Source of the DNA: Octopus vulgaris
Taxonomy: Eukaryota
NCBI GenBank assembly: GCA_951406725.2
Contig: OX597840.1
Coordinates: forward strand, 6,696,001-6,760,000
Reading direction: 5' to 3'
DNA: 64,000 nucleotides
Made by a program: the position numbers and the translations under genes. Shown piece by piece: positions 46,325-63,512 of the stretch (position 1 is the first letter of the stretch; the number at the start of each line of letters is the position of its first letter). The notes under the pieces were generated by a model. The model was given only the letters and a program-made list of their open reading frames with translations, searched no databases and was not told the origin of the DNA.

Positions 46325-46713
46325 CGTGCTTACATACATATATATATATATCCATATATATATGTATGTATATCCATATATATATATATATATGCATGTA
46401 TATATATCCCTATATATATATATTATTCAAAGGAATTCCAACTCTGTCTGTTTTTTGTTTTATTTATATTCTTTATAATATTAATGTAGAATATAGAATA
46501 TATAGTATAAATAATATATATATATATATATAGTAAAATGAAATGAAGTATTGATTGTCTTATTGAATAGATGAAATATTGAATATCAAATATTAAGGGA
46601 CTAGTATACTTTCTTGCATTAAAGCAGCCTTCAAGGTCCCGGGTTGTGGCAGGAGTGTTTCAACTGTGTGTAAATGTATATATATATATATATATATATT
46701 ATATATTTATTTA

Positions 46714-46782
<69 letters not shown>

Positions 46783-46822
46783 TATATATATATATCATAT
46801 GTTATATATATATATATATATG

Positions 46823-46861
<39 letters not shown>

Positions 46862-47046
46862 GTATATATGTATGTATATGTATATGTGTGTGTGCGAGCG
46901 CGTGTGTATATATGATATATATATATGTATATATGTACCAATTATCTATTTTTATATATATAATTTGACCCTTATGGGGCTCTCTTTTACTGGAAAGTAA
47001 TGCATTTGTATTGCATTATTATTTTCATATATTATATATTATATAT

Positions 47047-47109
<63 letters not shown>

Positions 47110-47581
47110 TTTTCTCTCCTTCTTTCTGTGTTTTTTCTCTGTGTATCTTTCTGTTGAAGAGCGTAGGCTCGAAACGTTAAAGACTTGTTTTATTTATATT
47201 TCCTGAGCGCCATACTAATACAATTGTTTGTTTGTATTCCACCTGCCTTCGTCTTTTGTTTATTTCCGTAAACCTGCCTTCGTCTTTTGTCTATTTTCAT
47301 AAAGCTTCCCGTTATATATATATGTATATATACTAGCAGAAAGACCGTTCTCTGGGCGGTCTTTCTGCTAGCCACTGAATAATATTTTCACATTTGATTC
47401 CCAGTTCTAATAATTTTTATATTTTACGTCTTACTCATTTCTTTGTATAATAAATGCTCACTTGCTTAAATAAATATTGCGTTCATTGTTTTATCACAAT
47501 CATAATCTCTCTCTTCGAAAGAGTCATTCTGTTACATATATTTATCATTAATAATGAGTAGAAACTTACATAGTTGTGCAT

Positions 47582-47820
47582 AGATAGATAGATATGTTTC
47601 TTTATTAGCCACACAGGGCTGCACACAGACAGAACAAATTACAAGGTAGAGCTTTTCTTTTGGGGGTAGAAAAGGGGGTTAGTTTTCGATCAAAAGGGAT
47701 CATAAAAGGAAAGAAAGAGGACAAAAAAAAGGGGAGGATTTTTTTTTAAAAAAGGGGGTGATAGGGGAAAAAAAGGGGGAGAGGAAAAAAAAGTTGATCA
47801 ATAGGGATCGTAATCACAGA
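47582..47820 (-). mobile_element. Retroelement 3' end terminating in (TATC)n; second copy at ~57640-57775(+)
   Basis: aaaagaaaagctctac...gtgtggctaataaagaaacatatctatc is shared. Confidence 0.7.
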
Positions 47821-47823
47821 AAT

Positions 47824-49376
<1,553 letters not shown>

Positions 49377-49386
49377 GTCAGTCTGT

Positions 49387-49517
<131 letters not shown>

Positions 49518-49559
49518 ACGAAAATAACTATATGAATAATACACACACATACATATATG

Positions 49560-49591
<32 letters not shown>

Positions 49592-49810
49592 GTATGCATC
49601 TATCTATCTATACATACGTACATACTATATACATATATACATACTATATATATATTTTTTTTTTTGTACAAGTGCGTTGACTCGAAACGTCAAATACTTC
49701 TTCCATTTTTCATGAGCGTCAAACTAATACACTCTGCTTATCTTTCTTTCACTGGTATCTGTTTTGTATATTTTTGTATATTTTTAGATTACATGTGTGT
49801 GTATATTTGT

Positions 49811-49855
<45 letters not shown>

Positions 49856-49921
49856 ATAAATATATATGCATACATACATACATATATGTACGTACCTACA
49901 TCTACATGTATATATACATGC

Positions 49922-49952
<31 letters not shown>

Positions 49953-50845
49953 AGTACAGGACACCACAAATAAACGTAGAACACAACGAGAAACGAAAAC
50001 ATAAAAACAAACAAGGAAACGGACTTTTTTTAACAACGAAAAAACAGAGTACAAGACAAACAATACAAGGAATATTCCCCTTCATCAGCTGTCCCTGGAT
50101 CGACTCAATGCGTGTTTCGAAGGTAAGGACAGAACACGACCCGTCGATCCAGTCCTTCCTGCAGAGGAATTAAATGAAATTCCTTTGCAGAGGGGTAAAA
50201 ACAAGGAAAGAAGAAAAAAAGTGACAAGAACAGGACGTAAAAGCAATACAAATAAAATACAATTACAAATAAAAATGCAAATACAAAAAAATACAGTACA
50301 CATAAAGAATAAAAACAGGACAAAGAAACCAACATTAAGGGCTGTTTTTTAAGCCTAGACGATGGATAAATTCAGCGTAAGGGATTCTTGTGATGGAGAC
50401 CTCTTAAGGTGTTTTAATGTACACTGTATTTTATATGAATAATATATAGTCTATTCATTAATTTTTCTATACGCTAGGCCACTAGTAGTAAAAATTTCTA
50501 AAATCTTTATTACCCTGATATTATTAATCATATATATATATAATTCAATTAGAGGTTATGTTAGCCTCATCAAGTGATGGTTAAATCCAAGGAAATACTG
50601 GTTCAATACCTAATATTTGGGGGTGGAATTGATATCCGTAACATAATAGTCTGCTGTGATGAGTCTACAAACACACATACAAAATATCTAAGGGTATAGT
50701 TTTCCCCTCTCTGAATAGATTGCGCTCAGAAATATGATTTTTAAAATTTTGGTCAATTTCTCTGTGTATAACTGAAACAGCCGTAAAGAATAATGATCGA
50801 TTTGTTGCTGATAAATAAACTCCTTCTCAACTTCGATATCTCCAT

Positions 50846-51077
<232 letters not shown>

Positions 51078-51093
51078 AATGTATAAGTATATG

Positions 51094-51131
<38 letters not shown>

Positions 51132-51250
51132 TGCGTACATACATATACACATACACACAGACACATACAGACACACAAACAAACATATATACATGTAGAT
51201 ATAGTTATACATATATACATATAAATATATAAGCATAAACACACATATAT

Positions 51251-51957
51251 TTGTATGTACGTACGTATGTATGTATGTATGTATGTATGTATGTATGTAT
51301 GTATGTATGTATGTATATATGTATGTACGTACGTACTATGTATGTATGTATGTATGTATGTATGTATGTATGTATGTATGTATATATGTATTTATGTATA
51401 TATGTATGTATGCATGTATGTATGTACGTATGTATGTATGTATGTATGTATGTATGTGTGTATGTATGTATGTACGTACGTACGTATGTATGTATGCATG
51501 TATGTATGTACGTATGTATGTATGTATATATGTATGTATGTATGTACGTATGTATGTATATATGTATGTATGTATGTATGTACGTACGTATGTATGTATG
51601 TATGTATGTATGTATGTATGTATGTATGTATGTATGTATGTATGTATGTATGTATGTATGTATGTATGTGTATGCACGAGCGCGCGCGTGTGTAAATGAA
51701 TAAATAACGAAAACGACCGCCTTCGTTGTTCATACAATTAATATAATTTGCTCGACCACAGATGTACTACACATAGTCCTTCCACAATTCTTAGGTTTAC
51801 AGAGTGCTTAATTACCAATTAACAAATTAATTAATGATTCATTGATTGCGTGCTTCGTGAGGTGTACTGATAGCGCTCCTGTTGAAGCACTCCGTTTGCT
51901 AAATACGCGCATAAAGTGATACATATACATACATACATACATATATACATACGTACG

Positions 51958-51991
<34 letters not shown>

Positions 51992-52001
51992 CATACGTAC
52001 A

Positions 52002-52033
<32 letters not shown>

Positions 52034-52321
52034 CGTACATACATACATATATACATACATACATACATAATACATACATACATACATATATACATACATA
52101 CATACATACATACATACATACATACATACGTACATACATACATGCGTACATACATACATACGTACGTACGTACATACATACATACATACGTACGTACATA
52201 CATACATACATATATACATGCATACATACATACATACGTACGTACGTACATACATGCATACATACATACATACATACATACATACATACATACATACATA
52301 CATACAAACGTACGTACATAC

Positions 52322-52352
<31 letters not shown>

Positions 52353-53073
52353 CATACATACATACATACATACATACATACATACGTACATACATACATA
52401 CATACATACATACATACATACATACATACATACATACGTACGTACGTACGTACATACATACATACATACATACATACATACATACATACATACATACATA
52501 CATACATACATACATACATACATACATACATACATACATACATACATACATACATACATACATACATACATACATACATACATACGTACGTACGTACACA
52601 TACATACATACATACGTACGTACGTACGTACGTACATACATACATACATACATACATACATACATACATACATACATACATACATACGTACATACATTCA
52701 TACATACATATACATACATACATACATATATACATACGTACATACATACATACATACATACACACATACATACATACATATATACATACATACATACATA
52801 CATACATACATACGTACATAAATACATACATACATACATACATACATACATACGTACGTACATACATACATACATACATACATACATACATACATACATA
52901 CATACATACATACATACATACGTACGAACGTACATACATACATACATACATACATACATACGTACGTACGTACGTACATACATACATACATACATGCATG
53001 CATACATACATACATAAATACATACATACATACATACACACATACACACATACACACATACGTATATACGTAC

Positions 53074-53127
<54 letters not shown>

Positions 53128-53192
53128 GTACATAGGTACATAAACATACATACGTACATACCTACATAAACGTACATACATACATACATACG
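51251..53192. repeat. Opposed (TATG)n and (CATA)n arrays around a ~220-bp unique core
   Basis: Direct reading. Confidence 0.9.
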
Positions 53193-53253
53193 TTATACGT
53201 GCGTACTGGTTCCTTTAATATATTTACAATATATATGTGTGTATGTATATATA

Positions 53254-53319
<66 letters not shown>

Positions 53320-53534
53320 ATCCAAACAAGAAAGCACAAAAAAAACACTACAACGCGAGGACATGGAACAAATATAGTATTATTGGACGCTCAGGAAAGG
53401 AGGAGGGTTTAACGTTTCGAGCGGAGCTCTTCGTCGGAAACATAGGAGAAGGAAAAATCCAGAGAAGGGAAGACGGAGGAAAAGAATCGCCAACGGTACA
53501 CACGCGGTCACACATATATATATATATACATATG

Positions 53535-53569
<35 letters not shown>

Positions 53570-53584
53570 ATATATAAATATAAA

Positions 53585-53637
<53 letters not shown>

Positions 53638-53844
53638 ATTATATATACCAGAGTAAGCACATATATGTGAAACAAGGTGGGAAAAAATAGTATCGAATAC
53701 CGAAGGTAGAGAAATATGCGAACCGCTAGTTTACCGAACCGCTAGTTTACCGGACCGCTAAATTCCGGGGACGTAAACATATCAACACCGGTTGTCAAGT
53801 GATGGTGGGGGACAAACGCAGACACGGAGACACACACACAGATA

Positions 53845-54050
53845 CAGTAATTCCCCGCCATATCGCGGTTTACCAATCGTTCACTCAGTACATCGCGGAA
53901 TTTTCTAGCTAATATATGTAAATTTATATCGCGGTATTCTCAGTATATCGCGGGTTTCTGCGGCCGATACGTTTTATATTTTTTTTAGATTTTGATTATT
54001 TCTGTGGTTGGTTTCAGAACGTAACACCCGCGATAGTCGAGCGATTACTG
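53845..54050. mobile_element. Tigger/pogo-like MITE with TA TSD inside a minus-strand SINE A (~53718-54195)
   Basis: ta-cagtaattccccgccatatcgcgg ... ccgcgatagtcgagcgattactg-ta. Confidence 0.8.
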
Positions 54051-54344
54051 TATATACATGTGTATACCACGGCCTTTTTTTTTTAAGTTTCTGTCTACCA
54101 GGTCTACTCATAAGGCTTCGGTCGACCCGAGGCTATAGAAGACATTGAACCCAGAAGTGGTTGGAAAGTAAAGTTCTTACTACACAGCCACTCATATACA
54201 TAAATACATACATACATAAATACATACATACATACATATATACATACATACATACATACATACATACATGGATACATGCATACATACATACATACATACA
54301 AGCATACATACATACATACATACAAACATACATACATACATAAA

Positions 54345-54831
54345 TTAAGTAGCTTGCGTGCCAACCACATGGTTCCGGGTTCAGTCCCACTGCGTGGCAC
54401 CTTGGGCAAGTGTCTTCTACTATAACTTCGGCCCGACCAAAGCCTTGTGAATGGATTTGGTAGACGGAAACTGAAAGAAACCCGTTGTATATATATACAT
54501 ACATACATATATATATACATATATATATATATGTTGTTTTTTCTGTTTTCCCGTTTGGATTAACCTTATATATATATACATACACATATATATATGTGCG
54601 TGTATGTATGTATGTATGTATATGTTTGTGCCTGTGTTTCTTCCCCCAGCATCGCTTGACAACCGATGCTGGTGTGTTCACGTCCCCGTTACTTAGCGGT
54701 TCGGCAAAAGACACCGATAGAATAAGTACTAGGCTTACAAAGAATAAGTCCTGGGGTCGATTTGTACGACTAACGGCAATGCTCCAGCATGGCCACAGTC
54801 AAATGACTGAAACAAGTATAAGAGTAAAAGA

Positions 54832-54832
<1 letters not shown>
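54345..54832 (+). mobile_element. SINE family A
   Basis: Same structure as 24702-25080, 5'-truncated. Confidence 0.88.
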
Positions 54833-54885
<53 letters not shown>

Positions 54886-55552
54886 TATATTAAATTAGAG
54901 ATAAAACCACTATTAGGCAAATCAAACAATGAAAAACTTAAGCCAATACATAAGATTAATTAATTTATATTATTTTAAATATATATCAAAAGTATTAAAA
55001 GTTTAATAAAAGATAATGAGTATTTTATTAAACTTTTAATAATTTTGATATATATTTAAATAATATAGATTAATTAATTTTATGTATTGACTTAAGTTTT
55101 TCATTGTATGATTTGCCTAATAGTGGTTTTATCTCTAATTTAATATAATATAATATTTTACTATAAAATTGGATTCAATCCTAAATCTGATTTTTCCCTG
55201 TAAGTTTGGATTTATTCCCTAATATTTTATTGTATATATATATATATACTTAACGTCCGACCCATTCCTCCATCTGTCAATCATGATTTCTCGAATGAAA
55301 TTTCAATACAAAAAGGAATCAGCCGTTTTCTTCTCCGACCCGCCACTGTCATCACCACCAACACCACCGATACATAGATTATCCTGCTACGATCAAGATG
55401 GTTACCTGTAATCTCTTGTAATCTCTCAGCCTTATCAAATTAGTTTTACCGAGTGAGAATTACACGTTCCGGTCGTGTTGGATTAAGGAAACGGAGACAA
55501 CCACCAACTTTGCGTTCTGACCGTTCTTTACGTGCGTGCGTGTGTGTGTGTG

Positions 55553-55865
55553 GGGGGCATGTGGCCTTGTGGTTAGAGCAGCGGACTCGCGGTCGAGGGA
55601 TCGCGTGTTCGAATCTCGGACCGGGCGATGCGTGTGTTTATGCATGAAACACCTAAGCTCCACGCGACTCCGACAGAAGGTAATGGCGAAAAATCTGCTG
55701 ACTCTTTCGCCACAACTTTCTTTCATTCTTTCCTCCTGCATCTTGCAGCTCACCTGTGATGGACCGGCGTCCCGTCCAGGTGGGGAACCTATACGCCAAG
55801 GAAACCCAAGGAAACCGGGAAACCGGCCTTTATGAGCCAGGCGTGGCTCGAGAAGGAACAAACAA
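55553..55865 (+). mobile_element. tRNA-derived SINE with V-domain-like segment
   Basis: gtggccttgtggttagag, gttcgaatctc, cctgtgatggaccggcgtcccgtccagg. Confidence 0.75.
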
Positions 55866-56037
55866 TATGTATATATATATATATATATTTGTTGTGCAAG
55901 ATTTTTTATGTGAAGTCGTGTGTTGAAACAGATATTGTTGTATTTCGGAATTAACACTGAAGCAAAGTAACACCAAATATATAGTGCGTATGTTTTTATT
56001 GGCTAAACTGGCAAAATGACCATTTCGAAATACAACA

Positions 56038-56087
<50 letters not shown>

Positions 56088-56460
56088 TATAAATTTGAGA
56101 AAAATCACTATTAGGCAATTCAAACAATGATAGACATAAACCAAATCATAAATAAAAATTAAAATATATTTTTAAAAAAATATAACTAGATCACAAACTG
56201 TACAAAAATGAATAATCAATATATACTTATACTTATTATATATCGATTATTCATTTTTATACCTTTTTGTGATCTAGTTATATGTTTTATAAAAAATATA
56301 TTTTATTTTTTATTTGTTTTGGTTTATGTCTATTATTGTTTGAATCGCATAATAGTGGTTTTTTTAAACTCTAGTTTATATATTTATATATTTATATTGT
56401 GAAATTTGATTTAATACTAAATTGAATTTTTCCCTGTAAGTTTGGAGTATTACTCCCTCA

Positions 56461-56565
<105 letters not shown>

Positions 56566-56775
56566 AAATAATATGTGACAATTATTCAATAGCCAAGATA
56601 AAACTCTGAGATTCGGATGCCGAGGTGGAAATCCACAACCCCATCTCTTCGGTTATCTGCATCCGAAACTCAGAGTTTTATCTTGGCTATTGAATAATAT
56701 TAGTTTACAGATAAATTTCCTCTATTTACATAATACTGAGGTCTCTTTCTTTCTTTTGTTATCTTACCGTTTTTA

Positions 56776-56854
<79 letters not shown>

Positions 56855-56947
56855 AGGTTTGGAGATTATGTACAGGTATTTTATATTAGAAGAAATGAGG
56901 TACTCAGAAATTCGGGTGGTTTTATATTTACAGATATTAATTTGTAT

Positions 56948-57343
56948 CTCTTTTACTCTTTTACTTGTTTCAGTCATTTGACTGCGGCCATGCTGGAGCA
57001 CCGCCTTTAGTCGAGCAAATCGACCCCGGGACTTATTCTTTGTAATAATTCCTACGGGTTCTTTTTTGTCGAACCGCTAAGTGACGGGGATGTAAACACA
57101 CCAGCATCGGTTGTCAAGCAATGCTAGGAAGACAAAAACAGACACACAAACATATACACATACATATATATACATATATACGACAGGCTTCTTTCAGTTT
57201 CCGTCAACCAAATCCACTCACAAGGCATTGGTCAGCCCTGGGCTATAGCAGAAGACACTTGCCCAAGATGCCACGCAGTGGGACTGAACCCGGAACCATG
57301 AGGCTGGTTAGCAAGCTACTTACCACACTGCCACTCCTGCGCC
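56948..57343 (-). mobile_element. Full-length SINE family A
   Basis: Reverse complement of the 24702-25080 structure. Confidence 0.9.
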
Positions 57344-57769
57344 TATGTTACATGTTTTTATACTTCATATATCATATATCATATAATAGCGCTTTCGTCC
57401 ATTCTAGTGGAGTCTTTAAATTGATATAATATATATAACATATATATTATGTCTGTGAAGGTGTATGGCTTTGTGGATTGGATATTGCACTCGCGACTGT
57501 GAGATCGTGGTTTACTTCACGTTGCTCTGCGACCGTTTCGTTATTTGGCATGTGGCACGTCGATTCGATGGAGGGAAGGAGCTTTTGTGAACACAAACAT
57601 TTGATAAGTATATACAAACCATCTGCAAGAAATCGCAGAACTCTCATAGAGATCGAAAACCTACCACCACCACCCCCTTTTTCTTGTTTTTTCTTCTCCC
57701 TAAAAAGAAAAGCTCTACTTCGTAGTTTGTCATTTCTGTGTTCAACCCCGTGTGGCTAATAAAGAAACA

Positions 57770-57835
<66 letters not shown>

Positions 57836-57838
57836 CTA

Positions 57839-57933
<95 letters not shown>

Positions 57934-58019
57934 GTCTGTCTGTCTATCTATCTATTTATCTATCTATTTACCTATCAACCAATCTATTTATCTACCTATC
58001 TATCTACCTATCTATCTAC

Positions 58020-58245
<226 letters not shown>

Positions 58246-58449
58246 GTCTTTCTGTATACCCATCACACCCTATTGAATTTCATTTAATTCACTCAGACCA
58301 GACATATTGTGTGACTGAAAGCCTCAGACACTTGACAGGCATCACTCTATCGCCTGATCTTTTCAATGAGACACGGACTTGGCCATGTGTGTATGTGTGT
58401 GTGTGTATGTATGTATGTATGTATGCATGTATGCATGTATGTATGTATG

Positions 58450-58483
<34 letters not shown>

Positions 58484-59204
58484 TGTATGTATGTATGTAT
58501 GTATATATGGATGTATATGTGCATGTGTGTATGTATGCATGTATGTATGTATGTATTATGTATGTAAGTATGTATGTATGTGTGTGTGTATGTATGTATG
58601 TATGGATGGATGGATGGATGGATGGATGGATGGATGGATGTGTGTATGTGTGTGCGTGTATGCATTTTTGTGTGTATGTATATATGTATGTATGTATGTA
58701 TGTATTTATGTATGTATGTATGTATGCATGCAGCACGTATGTATATATGTATATATGTGTGGATGTATGTAAAGTATGTATGTGTTTATATGTGTATGTA
58801 TGTATTTGCGTGTATGTATGTGTGTGTGTATGTACATATGTATGTACGTTTGTACGTTTCTACGCATGTATCTGTGTGTACGCAGGTATTATGCGAATGT
58901 GTTTGCACATCTGTGTATCTGTGTATGTATGCATGTATGTATATGTGTATATATATATGTGTGTGTGTGTATGTATGTGTATATATGTATGTATGTATAT
59001 ATGTATGTATGTGGTTATGTATGTATATATGTATGAATGTATGCATGTATGTATGTAGGTAGGTAGGTATATATGTATGTATGTATATATGCATGTATGC
59101 ATGTATGTATGTGTGTGTAATACATGATACATGAACGTTCAAAAAACAATAACATTTCATGTAGATTAACATTAAGATGAAGTTAACTAATTAAAAGTAG
59201 TAGT

Positions 59205-59307
<103 letters not shown>

Positions 59308-59588
59308 AAGAAGGAGAAGAAGAAGAAGAAGAAGAAGAAGAAGAAGAAGAAGAAGAAGAAGAAGAAGAAGAAGAAGAAGAAGAAGAAGAAGAAGGAGAAG
59401 GAGAAGGACAACAACAACAACAAGCATTTCCATGTCTATACTGTGAACGGTTGGTTCCTTTTTACGGCTAAGTGGACTGGATTAATGAGAATTAGTCTTG
59501 ATTAGGATTAGAAGACAATTCTAATAATCGTACATACATTCATGCATGCATACATACATGTACATATATGTCTGTATAAACACATACA

Positions 59589-59661
<73 letters not shown>

Positions 59662-59681
59662 ATACACATATATATATATGT

Positions 59682-59755
<74 letters not shown>

Positions 59756-59756
<1 letters not shown>

Positions 59757-60010
59757 GAGGCGCGTGGATTAGTGGTTAGGGTGTCAGCATCATGATCGTA
59801 AGATTGAGGTTTCGATTCCTGGACCGGGCAACGCGTTGTGTTCTTGAGCAAGACACTTCATTTCACGTTGCTCCAGTCCACTCAGCTGGCAAAAATGAGT
59901 AAGACTGCGATGGACTGGCGTCCCGTCCAGCTGGGGAACACATACGCCATTGAAACCGGGAAATCGTGCCCATGAGCCTGGCTAGGTTTTAAAAGGGCGC
60001 ATTTATTTTA
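59756..60010 (+). mobile_element. tRNA-derived SINE family C (partial copy at 62110-62236)
   Basis: ggaggcgcgtggattagtggttag, gtttcgattcc, gtgttcttgagcaagacactt, ctgcgatggactggcgtcccgtccag. Confidence 0.85.
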
Positions 60011-60525
60011 TTTATTTATATATATATATATGACGGGTTACTATTCAGAAACCCGGGTCCGTGTGTATAACCACAGGCTAGAGGTGGGAACGATGACTGC
60101 CCTTCGCAAATACTGATCGGGCACAGACAGTGTGTTGTTAGGCAGCTGGAGAAGATGTCTTCCTGGGACCATAAACTACAGTGGCATCGTCCCTTATGGG
60201 TCAGCCACATTTAGGTGGCAAATATGCTTCTCGATATATATGTATATATACGGTTGTGTCTGGGGAGAGTCATTTTCTTTTTGTGCCTTATAATGTAACA
60301 CACTCACCGGTAAAATTTCCACTTATTTCTTATTTTTATTTTCCTAAAATTTTCTTGCAACCTTTTCAATAGTCTTGACTCTGTCCGTTATTTATACTGC
60401 GTTCCTTTTTGTGCGTGTCATCACACACGCACACACATACACACTCATACGCACACACACATAGCAGAATATGCTTCAACACACGAACTCATAAAAAAAA
60501 ATCTTGTAAACCAAATCCAAAAACA

Positions 60526-60556
<31 letters not shown>

Positions 60557-60622
60557 CGTTTATATATATGTATATATATATATATTTATATTTTTATATA
60601 TATAGAGAGAGAGAGATATCTG

Positions 60623-60859
<237 letters not shown>

Positions 60860-60901
60860 TAAACACTAAATGAATAAATATTCGAAAATATTTATATACA
60901 T

Positions 60902-61286
60902 ATTATTACCCCCGCCTTCGCTAAGGCGGGGGTATTATTTTCAGTAGTGTTTGTTTGTTGGTTGGTTTGTCCGTGGACAAGATATCTCAAAAACTGCTTG
61001 TCGCATTCGGATGGAATTTTCAGAGATGTTTAGCCTTGTGACTAGCACAAACCAATTAGATTTTGGGATCGACCCGGTACCTGACAAGGATTCCGGATTA
61101 TTCTTCCTGTTTTTTTGTCTTTACTTAATTTTTGAGGGCGGTCAGGTTCGTTTTTAGTATTTTCGTTTGTGAGAGCAGTCGAGTTTATTTCAGATATTCT
61201 CATTTTAAAAATCATCTCCGGCTAATCGTTGAGAGGATGTTGGTGTTGCCTTGGCGGAGGTTTGCACTCTCTGAGTAGTCTTGTTT
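60902..61286 (+). mobile_element. Helentron/DINE-1-like non-autonomous element
   Basis: 5' tt-acccccgcc..ggcgggggt inverted repeat, (GTTT)n, 3' subTIR ggcggaggt plus stem-loop actctctgagt before TT. Confidence 0.75.
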
Positions 61287-61679
61287 GTAATTATTATCAT
61301 TAGTAAAATGAATAATAACAACCATAATATAAGTGGCTAGAATGCAAAATCCGATAAACGGCAAATCCAAAATTTTGTAATTAATTTATTATTATAATAA
61401 GGCACACGAGGTGCCAACATTACTGTGAAAATCAGAGTCTAAAAATCATCTGTGGTTTATATATATATATATATATTGGAAGGTTTGGAGATGATGTACA
61501 GGTATTTTATATTAGAAGAATTGAGGTACTCAGAAATCTGGATGGTTTCATATTTACAGATATTTATTTGTATATTACATGTTTTTATAAATCATATATC
61601 ATAGCTTTCGTCCACTCTAGTGTATATATATATATAAATATATATATATACACACACAATATGTAGTGTGTATATATGC

Positions 61680-61725
<46 letters not shown>

Positions 61726-61743
61726 ATTCGACCTGTAGTAACT

Positions 61744-61789
61744 AGTCTGATGAGGGCCAATGCATGAAACTCTCGGGCCTTGAGTCACT
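61744..61789 (+). ncRNA. Type I hammerhead ribozyme motif
   Basis: agt-CTGATGA-gggc caat gcat-GAAA-CTC[tcgggcctt]GAG-TC-act; canonical core and GUC site, imperfect stem II. Confidence 0.65.
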
Positions 61790-62249
61790 CTGTTATTTCT
61801 GCTAAATATTAATAAAAATACACAAAATACTCATATTTTCAGTTCTATTCTGAACTGTAGGTGACGTCAACCCGTTTGTTAAATACTAGTTTCGGTTCTT
61901 TATTTATTTTATTTTTTGCCCCCCCCCCCCTCCAACAGCAAAGACTGAGCTAAATGCCTTGTTAAACCACGAATAAAGAATATCTACCTACCAATGCGGA
62001 ACTGAACACTCATTCTTCCTGTCCGATATAAACGTATATATTTATATATGTATGTGTGTGTGTGAAGAGGGGGCGGTGTATGTGTGTGCGTATGCGCGCG
62101 CGTGTGTGAAGGCGCGTGGCTCAGTGGTTAGAGCGTCGGGCTCACACGCATGCGGAAGTGAGTTCGATTCCCAGACCAAACTGTGTGTTGTGTTCTTGAG
62201 CAAGACCCTTTATTTCACGTTGCTCCAGTTCACTCAACAACAACAACCT

Positions 62250-62309
62250 CGAAAAATACCTCAGGAATGAGAACCCAGGTTCGAAATTTCCCCAAGACAC
62301 CTGGTGTTG

Positions 62310-62367
<58 letters not shown>

Positions 62368-62557
62368 GGTCACTGCTTGGGATCGAACTTGAAATCTAGG
62401 GGTTAGTAGCCCGCACTCTTAACCACTATGCCATATTGCCTTGGTGTAGTGGTTAAGAGCGCGGGCTACTAACCCCAAGATTCCAAGTTCGATTCCAGCC
62501 AGTGACCTTAATAATAATAATATTATTATTATTATTATATATAATATAATAATAATA

Positions 62558-62596
<39 letters not shown>

Positions 62597-62790
62597 GATA
62601 ATAATAACAACAACAACAACAACAACAGCAGCAACAACATCAAAAAATACCGTAGGAATGAGAACCCAGGTTAGAAATTTCTCCAAGACACCTGAAGAAG
62701 GCTGGAGGGTATATCAGCCGAAATGTTGTGTTAACAACAAACAAGATGAGGACAAATATCCGTCTAATGTAAATAATGTAAATAATGTAT
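62250..62790. mobile_element. Element with head-to-head tRNA-like units, (TAA)n spacers and an HHR tail
   Basis: tRNA-like 62442-62507(+) mirrored at 62368-62433(-). HHR 62687-62732: gacac-CTGAAGA-A-GGCTG..CAGCC-GAAA-TG-TT-gtgtt. Confidence 0.72.
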
Positions 62791-62951
62791 ATATGTATGT
62801 ATGTATATTTATAAATATTTCTGTATAATACATATGTGTGTATGTGTGCATGTAATATGTAATATGCTCACGTGTATGTATACATTTATATTTATATTTA
62901 TATGTATGTATAAATAGACATACACACACATAAATACATACATACACACAC

Positions 62952-63470
62952 AAGCCCGTCGTACATATCTATATATATGTGTATGTGTGTGTGTATATGT
63001 TTGTGTGTCTGTGTTTGTCCCCCCAACATCGCTTGACAACCGATGCTGGTGTGTTTACGTCCCCGTAACTTAGCGGTTCGGCAAAAGAAACCGATAGAAT
63101 AAGTACTAGGCTTACAAAGAAATAAGTCCAGGGGTCGAGTTGCTCGACTAAAAGAAAAGGTGGTGCTCCAGCATGGCCACAGTCAAATGACTGAAACAAA
63201 TAAAGAGTAAAAGATATATCTCTATAATACAATATGCTCACGTGTATGTATGTATATATATATATATATATTTTTTTTTTTTTACTTGTTTCATGACTGC
63301 GGCCATGCTGGAGCACCGCCATTAGTTGAACAAATCAACCCCAGGACTTATTCTTTGTAAGCCCAGTACTTATTCTATCGGTCTCTTTTGCCGAACCGCT
63401 AAGTGACGGGGACATAAACACACCAGCATCGGTTATCAAGCAATGCTAGGAAGACAAACACAGAGACACA

Positions 63471-63512
<42 letters not shown>

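Noticed and set aside
62368-62507. Functional tRNA genes
   Set aside because: Acceptor and T stems are degenerate, and the copies are embedded in a repeat element.
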